Of a DNA stretch of 64,000 nucleotides, positions 48,549 to 59,054 are shown piece after piece. The notes below the pieces were generated by a model. The model was given only the letters and a program-made list of their open reading frames with translations, made no database searches and was not told the DNA's origin. Origin of the DNA: an uncultured Candidatus Saccharibacteria bacterium (GTDB lineage Bacteria > Patescibacteriota > Minisyncoccia > Phycocordibacterales > UBA5272). The stretch covers positions 91,023 to 155,022 of the forward strand of contig CAZBGU010000001.1 of NCBI GenBank assembly GCA_964491805.1, given 5' to 3'. How positions within the stretch are numbered: the first letter of the stretch is position 1; every line of letters begins with the position of its first letter. The position numbers were made by a program, and so were the translations under genes.

Positions 48549-49550
48549 GTGACGTCTACGTTATCAAGCTCAATTCTTGAACGTGGCATCGCTCGTTTTG
48601 TGCTTGTATTTTTCTATACGCTACTTGCTACTTTCTACACGCTGGCATTCTGTGGTAGAATACTCTTCATTATGCAAGAACAGCACGTAACCAACAATGA
48701 ATTACCGGGGATAGTAACGGCAACAGCTCATGAATCTGTACAGTCTGAGTCTAGTCTTCTTCATGTTCATGAAGAGATACCAACAATTGCGGCCCCAACC
48801 ATCGGTAGTGTTGGTCCTTTTACGATTGCCACATCATCAGTCACCATTCTCTTCATTACACTTCTTGTTGTTGCACTGTGTGTTGCGGTATCACGTGCAA
48901 AGCTTATCCCGGGAAAGTTCCAGAGTCTCATGGAAGTATTATATGAAATGATCTCTGGTTTTATTACGTCAATTGTTGGCACAAAAGAAAAAGCAGAAGT
49001 AATCATTCCATACGTTGGAGCGCTTATGGTGTATCTTCTCGTCGCGAATTTGCTTCCGATGATGCCTGGCATTTCTGGAGTCTCAGTACTTATTGATGGC
49101 GAGCATGTACCACTTTTCCGTGGAGCTACAACTGATTTTAATACAACGTTTGGTCTCGCACTTGCAGTCGTGGTTACAATGCAAATTGTTGGTATGAGGG
49201 AACAGGGAGTGTTCGGATATCTGTCGCATTTCATTCAGATTAAGCAAGTTGTTAAAGGGTTTAGTAAAGGCCTTGGTGAAGGGTCTGTCGCCGTTATCGG
49301 ATTTTTGGTTGGTCTTATCGAGATTATTTCAGAGCTTGCTAAGATGCTCTCACTCTCTCTTCGTCTCTTTGGTAATCTCTTTGCACACGAAGTGCTTACT
49401 GTGATTTTGCTTGGGGCTTTTGCTTTTGGAGTACCTGCCATTTGGATGGGGATGGGGGTTCTTGTGGGCGTTGTTCAGTCTATTGTATTTGTCGCATTGG
49501 TGACAGTGTACTATTCGCTCGTGCTTAAGAAAGAGGGTGGCCATCACTAG
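48549..49550 (+). CDS. atpB: F0F1 ATP synthase subunit a
   Basis: LSLSLRLFGNLFAHEVL with the essential Arg. ORF is long at 333 aa; an alternative start is at 48672. Confidence 0.85.
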   Translation: MTSTLSSSILERGIARFVLVFFYTLLATFYTLAFCGRILFIMQEQHVTNNELPGIVTATAHESVQSESSLLHVHEEIPTIAAPTIGSVGPFTIATSSVTILFITLLVVALCVAVSRAKLIPGKFQSLMEVLYEMISGFITSIVGTKEKAEVIIPYVGALMVYLLVANLLPMMPGISGVSVLIDGEHVPLFRGATTDFNTTFGLALAVVVTMQIVGMREQGVFGYLSHFIQIKQVVKGFSKGLGEGSVAVIGFLVGLIEIISELAKMLSLSLRLFGNLFAHEVLTVILLGAFAFGVPAIWMGMGVLVGVVQSIVFVALVTVYYSLVLKKEGGHH

Positions 49551-49634
49551 CGTTTCTACAAGCACTTCGTCGGAGTGCTTTACTTTTTATACTATTTATT
49601 GTATTGTGTAGATCTCTAATCATTTGGAGCCACC

Positions 49635-49964
49635 ATGAAAAAAGGTGTACAGGAGAGAGAGCGGCAGGTGCTTCTTGCATCGGCCATAAACTTCTTTGTT
49701 GTTCGCTCAGGGCGCACCAAGCAGTTTCTCGCCAACAGTGCAGGCATTTGTCCGTGTAAGTTCTCGATGATCACGAATGCGCGGCGTGATCCATCTGAGG
49801 ATGAGCTCTGCGCGATTGCACGTGCGTTTGGAGTCAGCGTGAGCGAGATTGAATCGAAGGCCCAAGACCTATCGAATGACGTCGGATTCGCCGGGGCTGT
49901 TCGGGGGTATATCGCCAAGTGCAATGAGGGCAAGGTGTCTCTATCTCGCATTGGTAGGCGATAG
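49635..49964 (+). CDS. XRE-family helix-turn-helix regulator (GC-rich, likely acquired)
   Basis: 109 aa. HTH FLANSAGICPCKFSMI...LCAIARAFGVSVSEI. GC well above the genome background. Confidence 0.45.
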   Translation: MKKGVQERERQVLLASAINFFVVRSGRTKQFLANSAGICPCKFSMITNARRDPSEDELCAIARAFGVSVSEIESKAQDLSNDVGFAGAVRGYIAKCNEGKVSLSRIGRR

Positions 49965-50054
49965 CCTCGGACCAAAGACCTTTCCTTGCAAATGGCATGG
50001 ATACGTGTTACTATTTCTAGTGTTCACGTGGAGGTCAGCTCGAGCGAGCGATTC

Positions 50055-50086
50055 CGGCCCGGCTGCAGAGCCGGGCCGTTTTTTTT
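50055..50086 (+). terminator. strong rho-independent terminator
   Basis: CGGCCCGGCT gcag AGCCGGGCCG, a 10-bp stem followed by TTTTTTTT. Confidence 0.8.
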
Positions 50087-50283
50087 ATACACATACCAGC
50101 GTGCTTTATGTCTTCACACAGTTTTATTCTGTGGATGTTTTGTTTTATAAAGTTTTATAAATAATAAGGTTTTATAAATAAGAATAATTAGTCTTTAATA
50201 ACTTCTTCCTTTTCATATAAGGCTTTTTTGTTATTGTACATCTGCAAAATGGGGTAAAGGGAAAATGTGGGGGTGGGGGGGGC

Positions 50284-50311
50284 TTGACAAACTCTGTGAA
50301 TTTGCTATACT
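50284..50311 (+). promoter_or_regulatory. near-consensus sigma70-type promoter with extended -10
   Basis: TTGACA - 16 nt - TGcTATACT. Preceded by the G-run GGGGGTGGGGGGGG. Confidence 0.55.
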
Positions 50312-50318
50312 GGTACTT

Positions 50319-50689
50319 GTCAGTTCGAGACCGAAAGATCAGAGCAGACTGCAGGCAATGGTTGAGCGCCTGCAAAACGAAAAAGCTCACCCCTACCTCC
50401 TAACCTGATCGCATGTAATCGCCTAGGTTTCACAGCCCTAGCCAGCAATGCCAGGGGTGGCAAAGCTGAGTGATTATAACTCAAATTAGAGTCATCAAAA
50501 CCTTGGGGTCGGCGACGGGCACTCGAGAAGCCTGTTTACCGAGATACTGTGAGTGTCGAAAATCGCGGCAAACCTGACCGCGTCGAGCTGAAGGCTCGCA
50601 AAAGTCGTGGCAACCTGGCCACGCCGAGCTGAAAGCTCGCCCAACGGCCTGGTTGGGTGCTCATGCATCCCCCCAGGCCTCTCTTTTTG
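50319..50689 (+). ncRNA. candidate ~370-nt structured non-coding RNA of unknown family
   Basis: Bounded by the promoter and an intrinsic terminator (GGCCTGG...CCAGGCC + TCTCTTTTT). GC-rich with no convincing ORF. Two tandem modules, each a pair of hairpins, show compensatory changes (CGCGG/CCGCG vs CGTGG/CCACG; CGAGC-TGAAG-GCTCG vs CGAGC-TGAAA-GCTCG). Confidence 0.45.
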
Positions 50690-50972
50690 GATTTATAGAA
50701 TAGTTTCTGATTGCTTCACTTTATGGGTGAGCTTTTTTTAATTTTATACTTAATCGTGCGTGGATCTGGTCATTACTTTTGTTTGTGTTGATTATAATTT
50801 TACTCCTGCTGTCATGTTCTTCCTCTAGATCGCTTTTACTATTTCTGCTATACTCTACCCATAAGCCTTTCTTGAGGCGAATTTTTATTGAAATGATGAT
50901 AGGCAGAGATTCTTTGCATACATATTAGCATCAATCTAGTGCCTGTTGTCCTAAATCTAACAATCTATCATT

Positions 50973-51191
50973 ATGACCCCAGAAGCAGCAATTTATATCG
51001 CAAAAGGAATGTGTATTCTAGCCATGGTTGGAACAGCCGTCGGACAAGGATATCTCGTTGGTAAGACTATGGAAGCGATTGGACGTAATCCAGACGTAGA
51101 AGGATCACTCTTCTCAAAGATGATCATTGGTGTTGCTATGACAGAAACAACAGCGATCTTCGCACTTGTTGCATTCTTCCTTCTTAAGTAG
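50973..51191 (+). CDS. atpE: F0F1 ATP synthase subunit c
   Basis: 72 aa. Two TM hairpin with the conserved carboxylate helix. Confidence 0.9.
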   Translation: MTPEAAIYIAKGMCILAMVGTAVGQGYLVGKTMEAIGRNPDVEGSLFSKMIIGVAMTETTAIFALVAFFLLK

Positions 51192-51273
51192 AGACAAAGA
51201 GCAAGGAGAGTGGATAGTAAGAAGGGTTTTGCCTTATTTGGTATCTGTGACTACTTGCTGATGTATCATTAAT

Positions 51274-51771
51274 ATGAACGAAATTTTAAACATTCTAGGA
51301 TCAGTTGGTTTCAATTGGCATGTTGCGTTAGCTAACTTTGTTAACTTTCTCATCATTCTTTTCCTTCTCAATAAGTTTTTCTTTGGGAAAATTGGAAGGA
51401 CTCTCAATGAGAGAAAGAGCACAATTGAACATGGTCTTAATCAGGCACGTGAAGCCGAAATGAAGCTTGCTTCTGCTGAAGAGGAGAAGAGCTCTATTAT
51501 TAAGTCTGCTCATAAAGAGAAAGATGCAATCGTTGCGAACGCAGAATCTCTCGCACGTGATACTGTCGCTTCGATAGAAAAGGAGGCTCAGATAACGATC
51601 GACGCTCGCATGGAGAAGATCTCTAAGCAAGAGGCAACGCTTAAAGAAACTGTCGAAAAGGCATTTGGCGAGAAGGCTCCAGCGCTTGTTGCAGCTCTCT
51701 ACGCTAAGACTCTTTCTAAGGAACTTACAGAAGCAGATAATAATGCACTTATCGCACGTATGGGTGCATAA
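51274..51771 (+). CDS. atpF: F0F1 ATP synthase subunit b
   Basis: 165 aa. N-terminal TM plus long charged helix. Confidence 0.85.
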   Translation: MNEILNILGSVGFNWHVALANFVNFLIILFLLNKFFFGKIGRTLNERKSTIEHGLNQAREAEMKLASAEEEKSSIIKSAHKEKDAIVANAESLARDTVASIEKEAQITIDARMEKISKQEATLKETVEKAFGEKAPALVAALYAKTLSKELTEADNNALIARMGA

Positions 51772-51774
51772 TAT

Positions 51775-52146
51775 TTGGAACTTATATCATCTCGTATGTC
51801 ATTATCACGCAACATAGCAAAACTTCTTACAACGGAACGCACAACACTTTCGCAGGTTGTTGATGTTCTTACGAAGTATAAAATGTTGTCCCTGTTGCCT
51901 TCGATTAAGCAGTCACTTGTTCAGACTTCGTCTCACACTGACTCCACAGATACCATCATGATTGAGACACCGTTTCCACTCTCTCAAGAGTCAGTGAAAA
52001 AAATAAAAAGAATCGTCGGTAATGATCTCGTGGAACATGATGTTGTAATTAACAAAAGAATACTAGCAGGATTCAAGGCGCGGTTTAGAGGAAAGTTATA
52101 CGACGGAAGTGCAGAACGAATCATTAAACAACTTGTAAATAAGTAA
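51775..52146 (+). CDS. atpH: F0F1 ATP synthase subunit delta (short OSCP-like)
   Basis: 123 aa. Position between atpF and atpA. C-terminal OSCP-like region. Confidence 0.6.
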   Translation: MELISSRMSLSRNIAKLLTTERTTLSQVVDVLTKYKMLSLLPSIKQSLVQTSSHTDSTDTIMIETPFPLSQESVKKIKRIVGNDLVEHDVVINKRILAGFKARFRGKLYDGSAERIIKQLVNK

Positions 52147-52203
52147 GAGAAGACAAAGAATCACCATTAACAACCAATTACGAATTACTAATACTATCAA
52201 TCT

Positions 52204-53706
52204 ATGTCAGTAGAAAAAATCATTAAAGAACTTGAGAACACAATTGCGAATGTATCAACAGCAGTGTCAGTGGAAGAAGTCGGTACAGTCGTCTCTGTGA
52301 GTGACGGTATTGCCCGTGTTACTGGAATTCTTTCGTGTGCAAGTATGGAAGAGGTTGTGTTTGCTTCTGGGGCAAAAGGGCTCGCTCTTAACTTGGAATC
52401 TGACATGGTTGGTGTGGTGATTCTTTCGGGTGCTGATGGTGTACGCGAAGGCGAAGAAGTGACTCGTACTAAGCGCGTACTCTCTATTCCTGTCGGTGAC
52501 GAACTCCTTGGTCGTGTTGTCGATCCTCTTATGAACCCGGTGGATGGTAAACCGCTTGCAAGTCTCAAAGATCGCGAGCTTGTAGAAAAGATAGCTCCTG
52601 GTGTTATGGATCGTGAACCAGTTAACCAAGCTTTACAGACAGGTATCAAGGCAATTGACGCTATGATTCCTATCGGACGCGGACAGCGTGAGCTCGTCAT
52701 TGGTGATCGTCAGACAGGCAAGACAACAATTGCTATCGATACTATCATCAACCAAAAGGGTAACGGTGTGATTTGTGTATATGTTGCGATTGCTCAAAAG
52801 GAATCAAAAGTCGCACAGATTGTAGAAAAACTCCGAGAAGCAGGTGCACTTGATTATACAGTTGTCGTGCTTGCTGGTGCTTCACACTCTGCATCTCTGT
52901 CATACCTTGCACCGTACTCTGGAACTGCTGTTGCAGAATATTTTATGAATAAGAAGAAGGACGTACTTGTTGTGTATGATGATCTTTCAAAGCATGCCGT
53001 TGCTTACCGTGAGATGTCATTGCTTCTTAAGCGTCCACCAGGACGTGAAGCATATCCAGGTGATGTGTTCTATCTCCACTCGCGTCTTCTTGAACGTGCA
53101 TGCCGTCGCAATGAAAAGGCAGGTAGTGGCTCAATCACAGCACTTCCAATTATTGAGACTCAGGCCGGTGATGTGTCTGCATATATTCCAACGAATGTGA
53201 TTTCTATCACAGATGGTCAGATCTTCCTTGATGCCAACCTCTTCTACAAGGGTATGCGTCCTGCGATCGATGTAGGTCTTTCTGTATCACGTGTAGGTTC
53301 TTCTGCACAGACAAAAGCAATGAAGAAAAATGCCGGTAAGATGAAACTTGCTATGGCACAGTATCGTGAACTTGAGAGTTTTGCTCAGTTTGATTCTGAT
53401 CTTGATGCTGATACCAAGAAGACAATTGAACGAGGAAAGAGAACTGGAGAAATGCTTAAGCAGGGTAACGGTGCTCCATTATCTGTTGGGATTCAGGTGT
53501 CATCTATTTATGCAGTGAACAACGGTTATGTTGATCATGTGGCAACATCAGATGTTGTTGAATGGGAGAAAGGCATGCATACCTATATGAGTACATCTCA
53601 CAAGGATCTTATTACATCACTCGGTAAGGATTGGTCAGATGAGCTTGAGAGTAAGTTAAAGGAAGCACTTGAGGCTTACAAGGAAAGTCGCAAACATAGT
53701 GCGTAA
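52204..53706 (+). CDS. atpA: F0F1 ATP synthase subunit alpha
   Basis: 500 aa. Walker A GDRQTGKT. Confidence 0.95.
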   Translation: MSVEKIIKELENTIANVSTAVSVEEVGTVVSVSDGIARVTGILSCASMEEVVFASGAKGLALNLESDMVGVVILSGADGVREGEEVTRTKRVLSIPVGDELLGRVVDPLMNPVDGKPLASLKDRELVEKIAPGVMDREPVNQALQTGIKAIDAMIPIGRGQRELVIGDRQTGKTTIAIDTIINQKGNGVICVYVAIAQKESKVAQIVEKLREAGALDYTVVVLAGASHSASLSYLAPYSGTAVAEYFMNKKKDVLVVYDDLSKHAVAYREMSLLLKRPPGREAYPGDVFYLHSRLLERACRRNEKAGSGSITALPIIETQAGDVSAYIPTNVISITDGQIFLDANLFYKGMRPAIDVGLSVSRVGSSAQTKAMKKNAGKMKLAMAQYRELESFAQFDSDLDADTKKTIERGKRTGEMLKQGNGAPLSVGIQVSSIYAVNNGYVDHVATSDVVEWEKGMHTYMSTSHKDLITSLGKDWSDELESKLKEALEAYKESRKHSA

Positions 53707-53771
53707 GATCAGCGTGTCACGTATCCCTTCCGCGACCACCAGCGTCAGTTCCGCATCATTCCGCGAATATT

Positions 53772-54623
53772 ATGCAAACAAAAGTAATTAAAGAAAAAAT
53801 AAAAAGTGTCGGAAACATCAAGAAGATCACCAAAACAATGGAGATGGTTTCTGCAGCGAAGATGAAGAAAGCTATCGATAACGCACTCCTTCTTCGTCCT
53901 TTTCATGAAGAAGCACAGAATGTGCTTCACGATCTTTCTCTTGATGCACTTTCACGTCATCATCTTCTTGCGCATAATGGTGTAGAAGATGAGGTTGTTA
54001 TTCTCGTAGCTTCAAACAAAGGATTGTGTGGAAGTTACAACGTCAATATCTATCGTAAGCTTATCGAGAGCTACGGTGAGGATAAGCGCAAGCATCTTAA
54101 AGTTATCGCTTTTGGCAAGTATGCTGAGAAGGTTGCAAAGAAACTTAGACTTGAGACAATTGCCTCGTTTAATCATCCAATAATTACAGGTGATGATGCG
54201 CATGCGACATCGACACTTATTGTTGACTGGTACCGTGAGAAGAAAATCGGTACCGTGAAGATGCTCTACACACACTTCACATCTGGAAGTTCGTTTACTC
54301 CAACACTCCTTCAGTTGCTTCCGTTTTCTTCAGAAGGGGAACCACGAAATCACAGCGGTGAACCTCGCTATGCATATGAACCAACCAAGGATGTTGTGCT
54401 CACTTCCATTATTCCTATGATGCTCCATAATATTATTTATGGTGCAATACTTGAGAGCTATGCATCTGAACATTCTGCTCGTATGTTTGCTATGAAGAGT
54501 GCAACCGATAATGCAAAGGAACTTCAAGATGATCTTAAGTTGTATTACAACCGAGCTCGTCAGGGTGCGGTAACACAAGAGATTGCGGAGATTACTTCGG
54601 GTGCGATGGCGTTAAGTAACTAG
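53772..54623 (+). CDS. atpG: F0F1 ATP synthase subunit gamma
   Basis: 283 aa. Conserved N- and C-terminal helices. Confidence 0.9.
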   Translation: MQTKVIKEKIKSVGNIKKITKTMEMVSAAKMKKAIDNALLLRPFHEEAQNVLHDLSLDALSRHHLLAHNGVEDEVVILVASNKGLCGSYNVNIYRKLIESYGEDKRKHLKVIAFGKYAEKVAKKLRLETIASFNHPIITGDDAHATSTLIVDWYREKKIGTVKMLYTHFTSGSSFTPTLLQLLPFSSEGEPRNHSGEPRYAYEPTKDVVLTSIIPMMLHNIIYGAILESYASEHSARMFAMKSATDNAKELQDDLKLYYNRARQGAVTQEIAEITSGAMALSN

Positions 54624-54630
54624 AATACAG

Positions 54631-55227
54631 ATGACAGACAACAGATCACAGACAAATACTATGAAAAAAATTCCTGACAATGCAAAAAAAGTTTTTGAAG
54701 GAACTATTTTTGATATTTATCAATGGGAACAAATACTTAAGAATGGAACTTCTTCACTGTTTGAGGCGATGAGACGCATTGGGAGCACGAGAGTTCTTCC
54801 TGTATATCAGAATAAACTTGTTTTAATTGAGGAGATAGGATTGGATGGATCTAGAGAAATTTTATCTCCAGGTGGGAGACTTGAGCGTAATGAATTACCA
54901 CTTGAAGCCGCTAAAAGAGAGTTGTTCGAAGAGACAGGTTTTGAAACGTCAGACTGGGAACATTTATTTGATAAAGATCTCTGCGATTCAAATAAAATGG
55001 AATGGGTCACTAGTTACTTTATTGCACGAAACTGTGTTGTGTCTCCAGATGAAAAATCAGACACGGGTGAGAATATCACAGTCAAATTAGTAGAGTTTGA
55101 GGAAGTGTTTAATGCTCTGGATACTATATTCACCACAGATCCTGAATTACAAAAACTTTTCTTAGAAGCAAAACTAGATAAAGACAAAAAAACGAAATTA
55201 AAAGACTTACTCGGAATCACCACGTAA
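54631..55227 (+). CDS. Nudix hydrolase inserted in the atp operon
   Basis: 198 aa. Nudix box GGRLERNELPLEAAKRELFEETGF. Confidence 0.7.
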   Translation: MTDNRSQTNTMKKIPDNAKKVFEGTIFDIYQWEQILKNGTSSLFEAMRRIGSTRVLPVYQNKLVLIEEIGLDGSREILSPGGRLERNELPLEAAKRELFEETGFETSDWEHLFDKDLCDSNKMEWVTSYFIARNCVVSPDEKSDTGENITVKLVEFEEVFNALDTIFTTDPELQKLFLEAKLDKDKKTKLKDLLGITT

Positions 55228-55275
55228 CCACCGAGCAGTAAGTATTACAAGAATTTACTAACATCTATTATCTAA

Positions 55276-56679
<1,404 letters not shown>

Positions 56680-56751
56680 TTAGCAGCTTGTTATGAGTGG
56701 TTTTAAAATATATTCACTCATAATAGACTACTGATAATCAATATCCATACT

Positions 56752-57180
56752 ATGCTTAAACTAAAAGTAATCACACCAGATAAAGTAATCACCGACGAAG
56801 TCGTTGATAGTGTTAGTCTTCCTACAACAAGTGGTGTTATTACGGTGCTCAATAAACATATCCCACTTGTATCTACGATCAAAGCTGGGGAGATGGTGAT
56901 ACGAAAGGCGGGGTCTGGTGTCGGATATTCCGTATACAAAGGTCTTGTTAATGTACGTCCGCACAGTAAAGGTATAACTGAAGTGGTTGTTCTGCTAGAA
57001 CGCGGTGAGATGGTAGAGGAACTTGATGTGGAGCGTGCAGAACAGGCGCTTGCACGAGCAAAGGCGATGCTCGAAGAAAAGACAGATGACGAGGATTTTG
57101 GTCTTTTTGAAGGTCTTGTTGAAAAGGAACTCAATCGTGTAAAAATTGCTAGAAAATACAGAAGACATTCTGGACGTTAA
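56752..57180 (+). CDS. atpC: F0F1 ATP synthase subunit epsilon
   Basis: 142 aa. Beta-sandwich plus helical hairpin. Confidence 0.85.
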   Translation: MLKLKVITPDKVITDEVVDSVSLPTTSGVITVLNKHIPLVSTIKAGEMVIRKAGSGVGYSVYKGLVNVRPHSKGITEVVVLLERGEMVEELDVERAEQALARAKAMLEEKTDDEDFGLFEGLVEKELNRVKIARKYRRHSGR

Positions 57181-57305
57181 AATCCAGCGTGGTTTACTTT
57201 TCCTTGAGGTAAGTATAGTATTGTAACTTACCGCTCTGCGGTATGTCGTCATGACAAAAAGGTCATATATCTCACCTTATTGAAGAGATTAGCTAGAGGT
57301 GCTGT

Positions 57306-57674
57306 ATGTGCAGCGTTGAACGTAACGTTGAGGATGATGTCAGAATTGCATTCCTCTTACGCAATAGAGGGAATGATCTACGTCTGGTACGAGGTCCAAA
57401 CCACCGGAGCGTCATACTCCGAATTCTATCTCCTCGTCAAGGTGACGGTGAGTTGTGGCTATGTCGAGTTGAAATAGGCTATCAAGGGGAACGAATCAAG
57501 CTGTGGTGTTCAATTGATGCCATCGGATTGCCGGATGACTTCGGCACGGAAAGTGAAATCGCTATGACGTGTCGCATGAAGGGCAGCTGTCCGCATACTA
57601 TGACCTTTAAGCTGTACGGGTCATGTTCCTTGCTGTCACGGCAGGGCACTGTCAGGTGTGAAATTCAGGCTTGA
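57306..57674 (+). CDS. hypothetical ORF in GC-rich patch (coding status doubtful)
   Basis: 122-aa ORF overlapped by a 65-aa ORF in another frame. The region could instead be non-coding or RNA. Confidence 0.2.
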   Translation: MCSVERNVEDDVRIAFLLRNRGNDLRLVRGPNHRSVILRILSPRQGDGELWLCRVEIGYQGERIKLWCSIDAIGLPDDFGTESEIAMTCRMKGSCPHTMTFKLYGSCSLLSRQGTVRCEIQA

Positions 57675-57704
57675 TCGTTGGCCTTGCCAACTTAGAGCAT
57701 AAGC

Positions 57705-57728
57705 AAAGTCCGCCGCAAGGCGGACTTT
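57705..57728. terminator. bidirectional hairpin
   Basis: AAAGTCCGCC gcaa GGCGGACTTT, a perfect 10-bp stem with a GNRA loop, between converging genes. Confidence 0.5.
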
Positions 57729-57732
57729 CCAA

Positions 57733-58506
57733 TTACTTCCAAAGGATAATTAGCAGGATAACTCCAATAACAATTCTGTACCAGCCAAATATCTCGAAAG
57801 AGTGCTTGCGGATATAACCTAGTGCAAAACGAATTATTGCAAAAGAAACCACAAAAGAAACGATGGTTCCAATGACAATAGGACTGATTGATTCTAAGGA
57901 CAGTTCGTTGTGTTTTTTGAGGACTGTGTAGAGTGTAGCTACAAACATGGTAGGGACAGCAAGGAGAAATGAGAATTCTACGAGAACTTTTCGTGACATT
58001 TTTTGTAGCAACCCACCTACAATAACTGCGCCAGATCTTGATGTGCCTGGTATTATCGCTAGAGCCTGAAAGCACCCTAAAGTTAATGCTTGTACGTATG
58101 TGATGTCTGACGTCGAGTTGTTTTCCTGTGTGTGTTTATTTTTTTTGTAGTTCTTTTCAACAAGGAGAATAATAATTCCACCTACAATAAGCGTGACAGC
58201 AACCAGTTGTGGATTTCCAAGGAGATGTTTTATATATGGGAAGATCATTACTCCAGCTATTCCTGTTGGAATAAAGGCGATACCTAATTTTTTTAACATA
58301 TCAATCTTGAATAGTTTTTTGTGATATGAAGCAACAACAGCGAGGATCGCTCCAAGTTGTACGACGATTTCGTATGTTGTGAGCGTAGCAGAATCAATTA
58401 TATGGAGAAAATGTGATGTCAGTATCATGTGCCCCGTAGATGAGACAGGAAGAAATTCTGTTAAGCCTTCGATACACCCTAAAATAATTGATTGTACTGT
58501 TGTCAT
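57733..58506 (-). CDS. uppP: undecaprenyl-diphosphate phosphatase
   Basis: 257 aa. GLTEFLPVSSTGH motif. Polytopic membrane protein. Confidence 0.9.
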   Translation of the reverse strand: MTTVQSIILGCIEGLTEFLPVSSTGHMILTSHFLHIIDSATLTTYEIVVQLGAILAVVASYHKKLFKIDMLKKLGIAFIPTGIAGVMIFPYIKHLLGNPQLVAVTLIVGGIIILLVEKNYKKNKHTQENNSTSDITYVQALTLGCFQALAIIPGTSRSGAVIVGGLLQKMSRKVLVEFSFLLAVPTMFVATLYTVLKKHNELSLESISPIVIGTIVSFVVSFAIIRFALGYIRKHSFEIFGWYRIVIGVILLIILWK

Positions 58507-58559
58507 AGTTCTTTAGTGTAGCATGTGGTACCTAAGATAAAAAAGATAACACTATTTGC

Positions 58560-59054
58560 ATGGCATGTTCATCATACTCTTCTTGTGTGTTATGCTTTTC
58601 AATAGCAATGTCTCAATTATCAAAAAAACTTATTATTTTTGGCGCAGAGTATCTCGTCGTTTTCGATGGTGTCTTATTTTTTATACTTGCATTTCAGAAA
58701 CCAACAATTCAGAACACTTTCATCTTTGTGACTACAGGGGCTTTGCTTATTGGAATTTCTTTCCTTGTTGCACATATTTTGAAGATAGTTTTTCATAAGA
58801 GTCGACCTCCAAAAAATCAGGAACTTTTTATTCCTGCTGATATGTATGCTTTTCCATCTGAACACGCAACGAGCCTTGCAGCCTTATCAGTTGTTGTTTT
58901 TCGTGACAATATAGAGTACGGTCTTATAGTTCTTGGTATTGGTGTTGTGGTGCTCACCTGTCGTGTTCTTGCAAAAGTTCATCGTGTTTCTGATATGGTT
59001 GTTGGGGTTGCATTAGGTACCTGTATTTCACTTAGTATTCTTGTCTTATTGTAG
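58560..59054 (+). CDS. PAP2-family membrane phosphatase
   Basis: KIVFHKSRPP, PSEHAT and HRVSDMVVG match the KxxxxxxRP / PSGH / SRxxxxxHxxxD motifs. Confidence 0.75.
   Translation: MACSSYSSCVLCFSIAMSQLSKKLIIFGAEYLVVFDGVLFFILAFQKPTIQNTFIFVTTGALLIGISFLVAHILKIVFHKSRPPKNQELFIPADMYAFPSEHATSLAALSVVVFRDNIEYGLIVLGIGVVVLTCRVLAKVHRVSDMVVGVALGTCISLSILVLL

Noticed and set aside
50319-50689. Identification of the ncRNA as RNase P RNA, tmRNA, SRP RNA or 6S
   Set aside because: No GGAAAGUCCGG / ACAGAACCCGGCUUA P4 strands, no tmRNA 5'-GGGG...3'-CCACCA tRNA-like ends or tag ORF, and no SRP domain-IV motif are visible. The family is left open pending cmscan.
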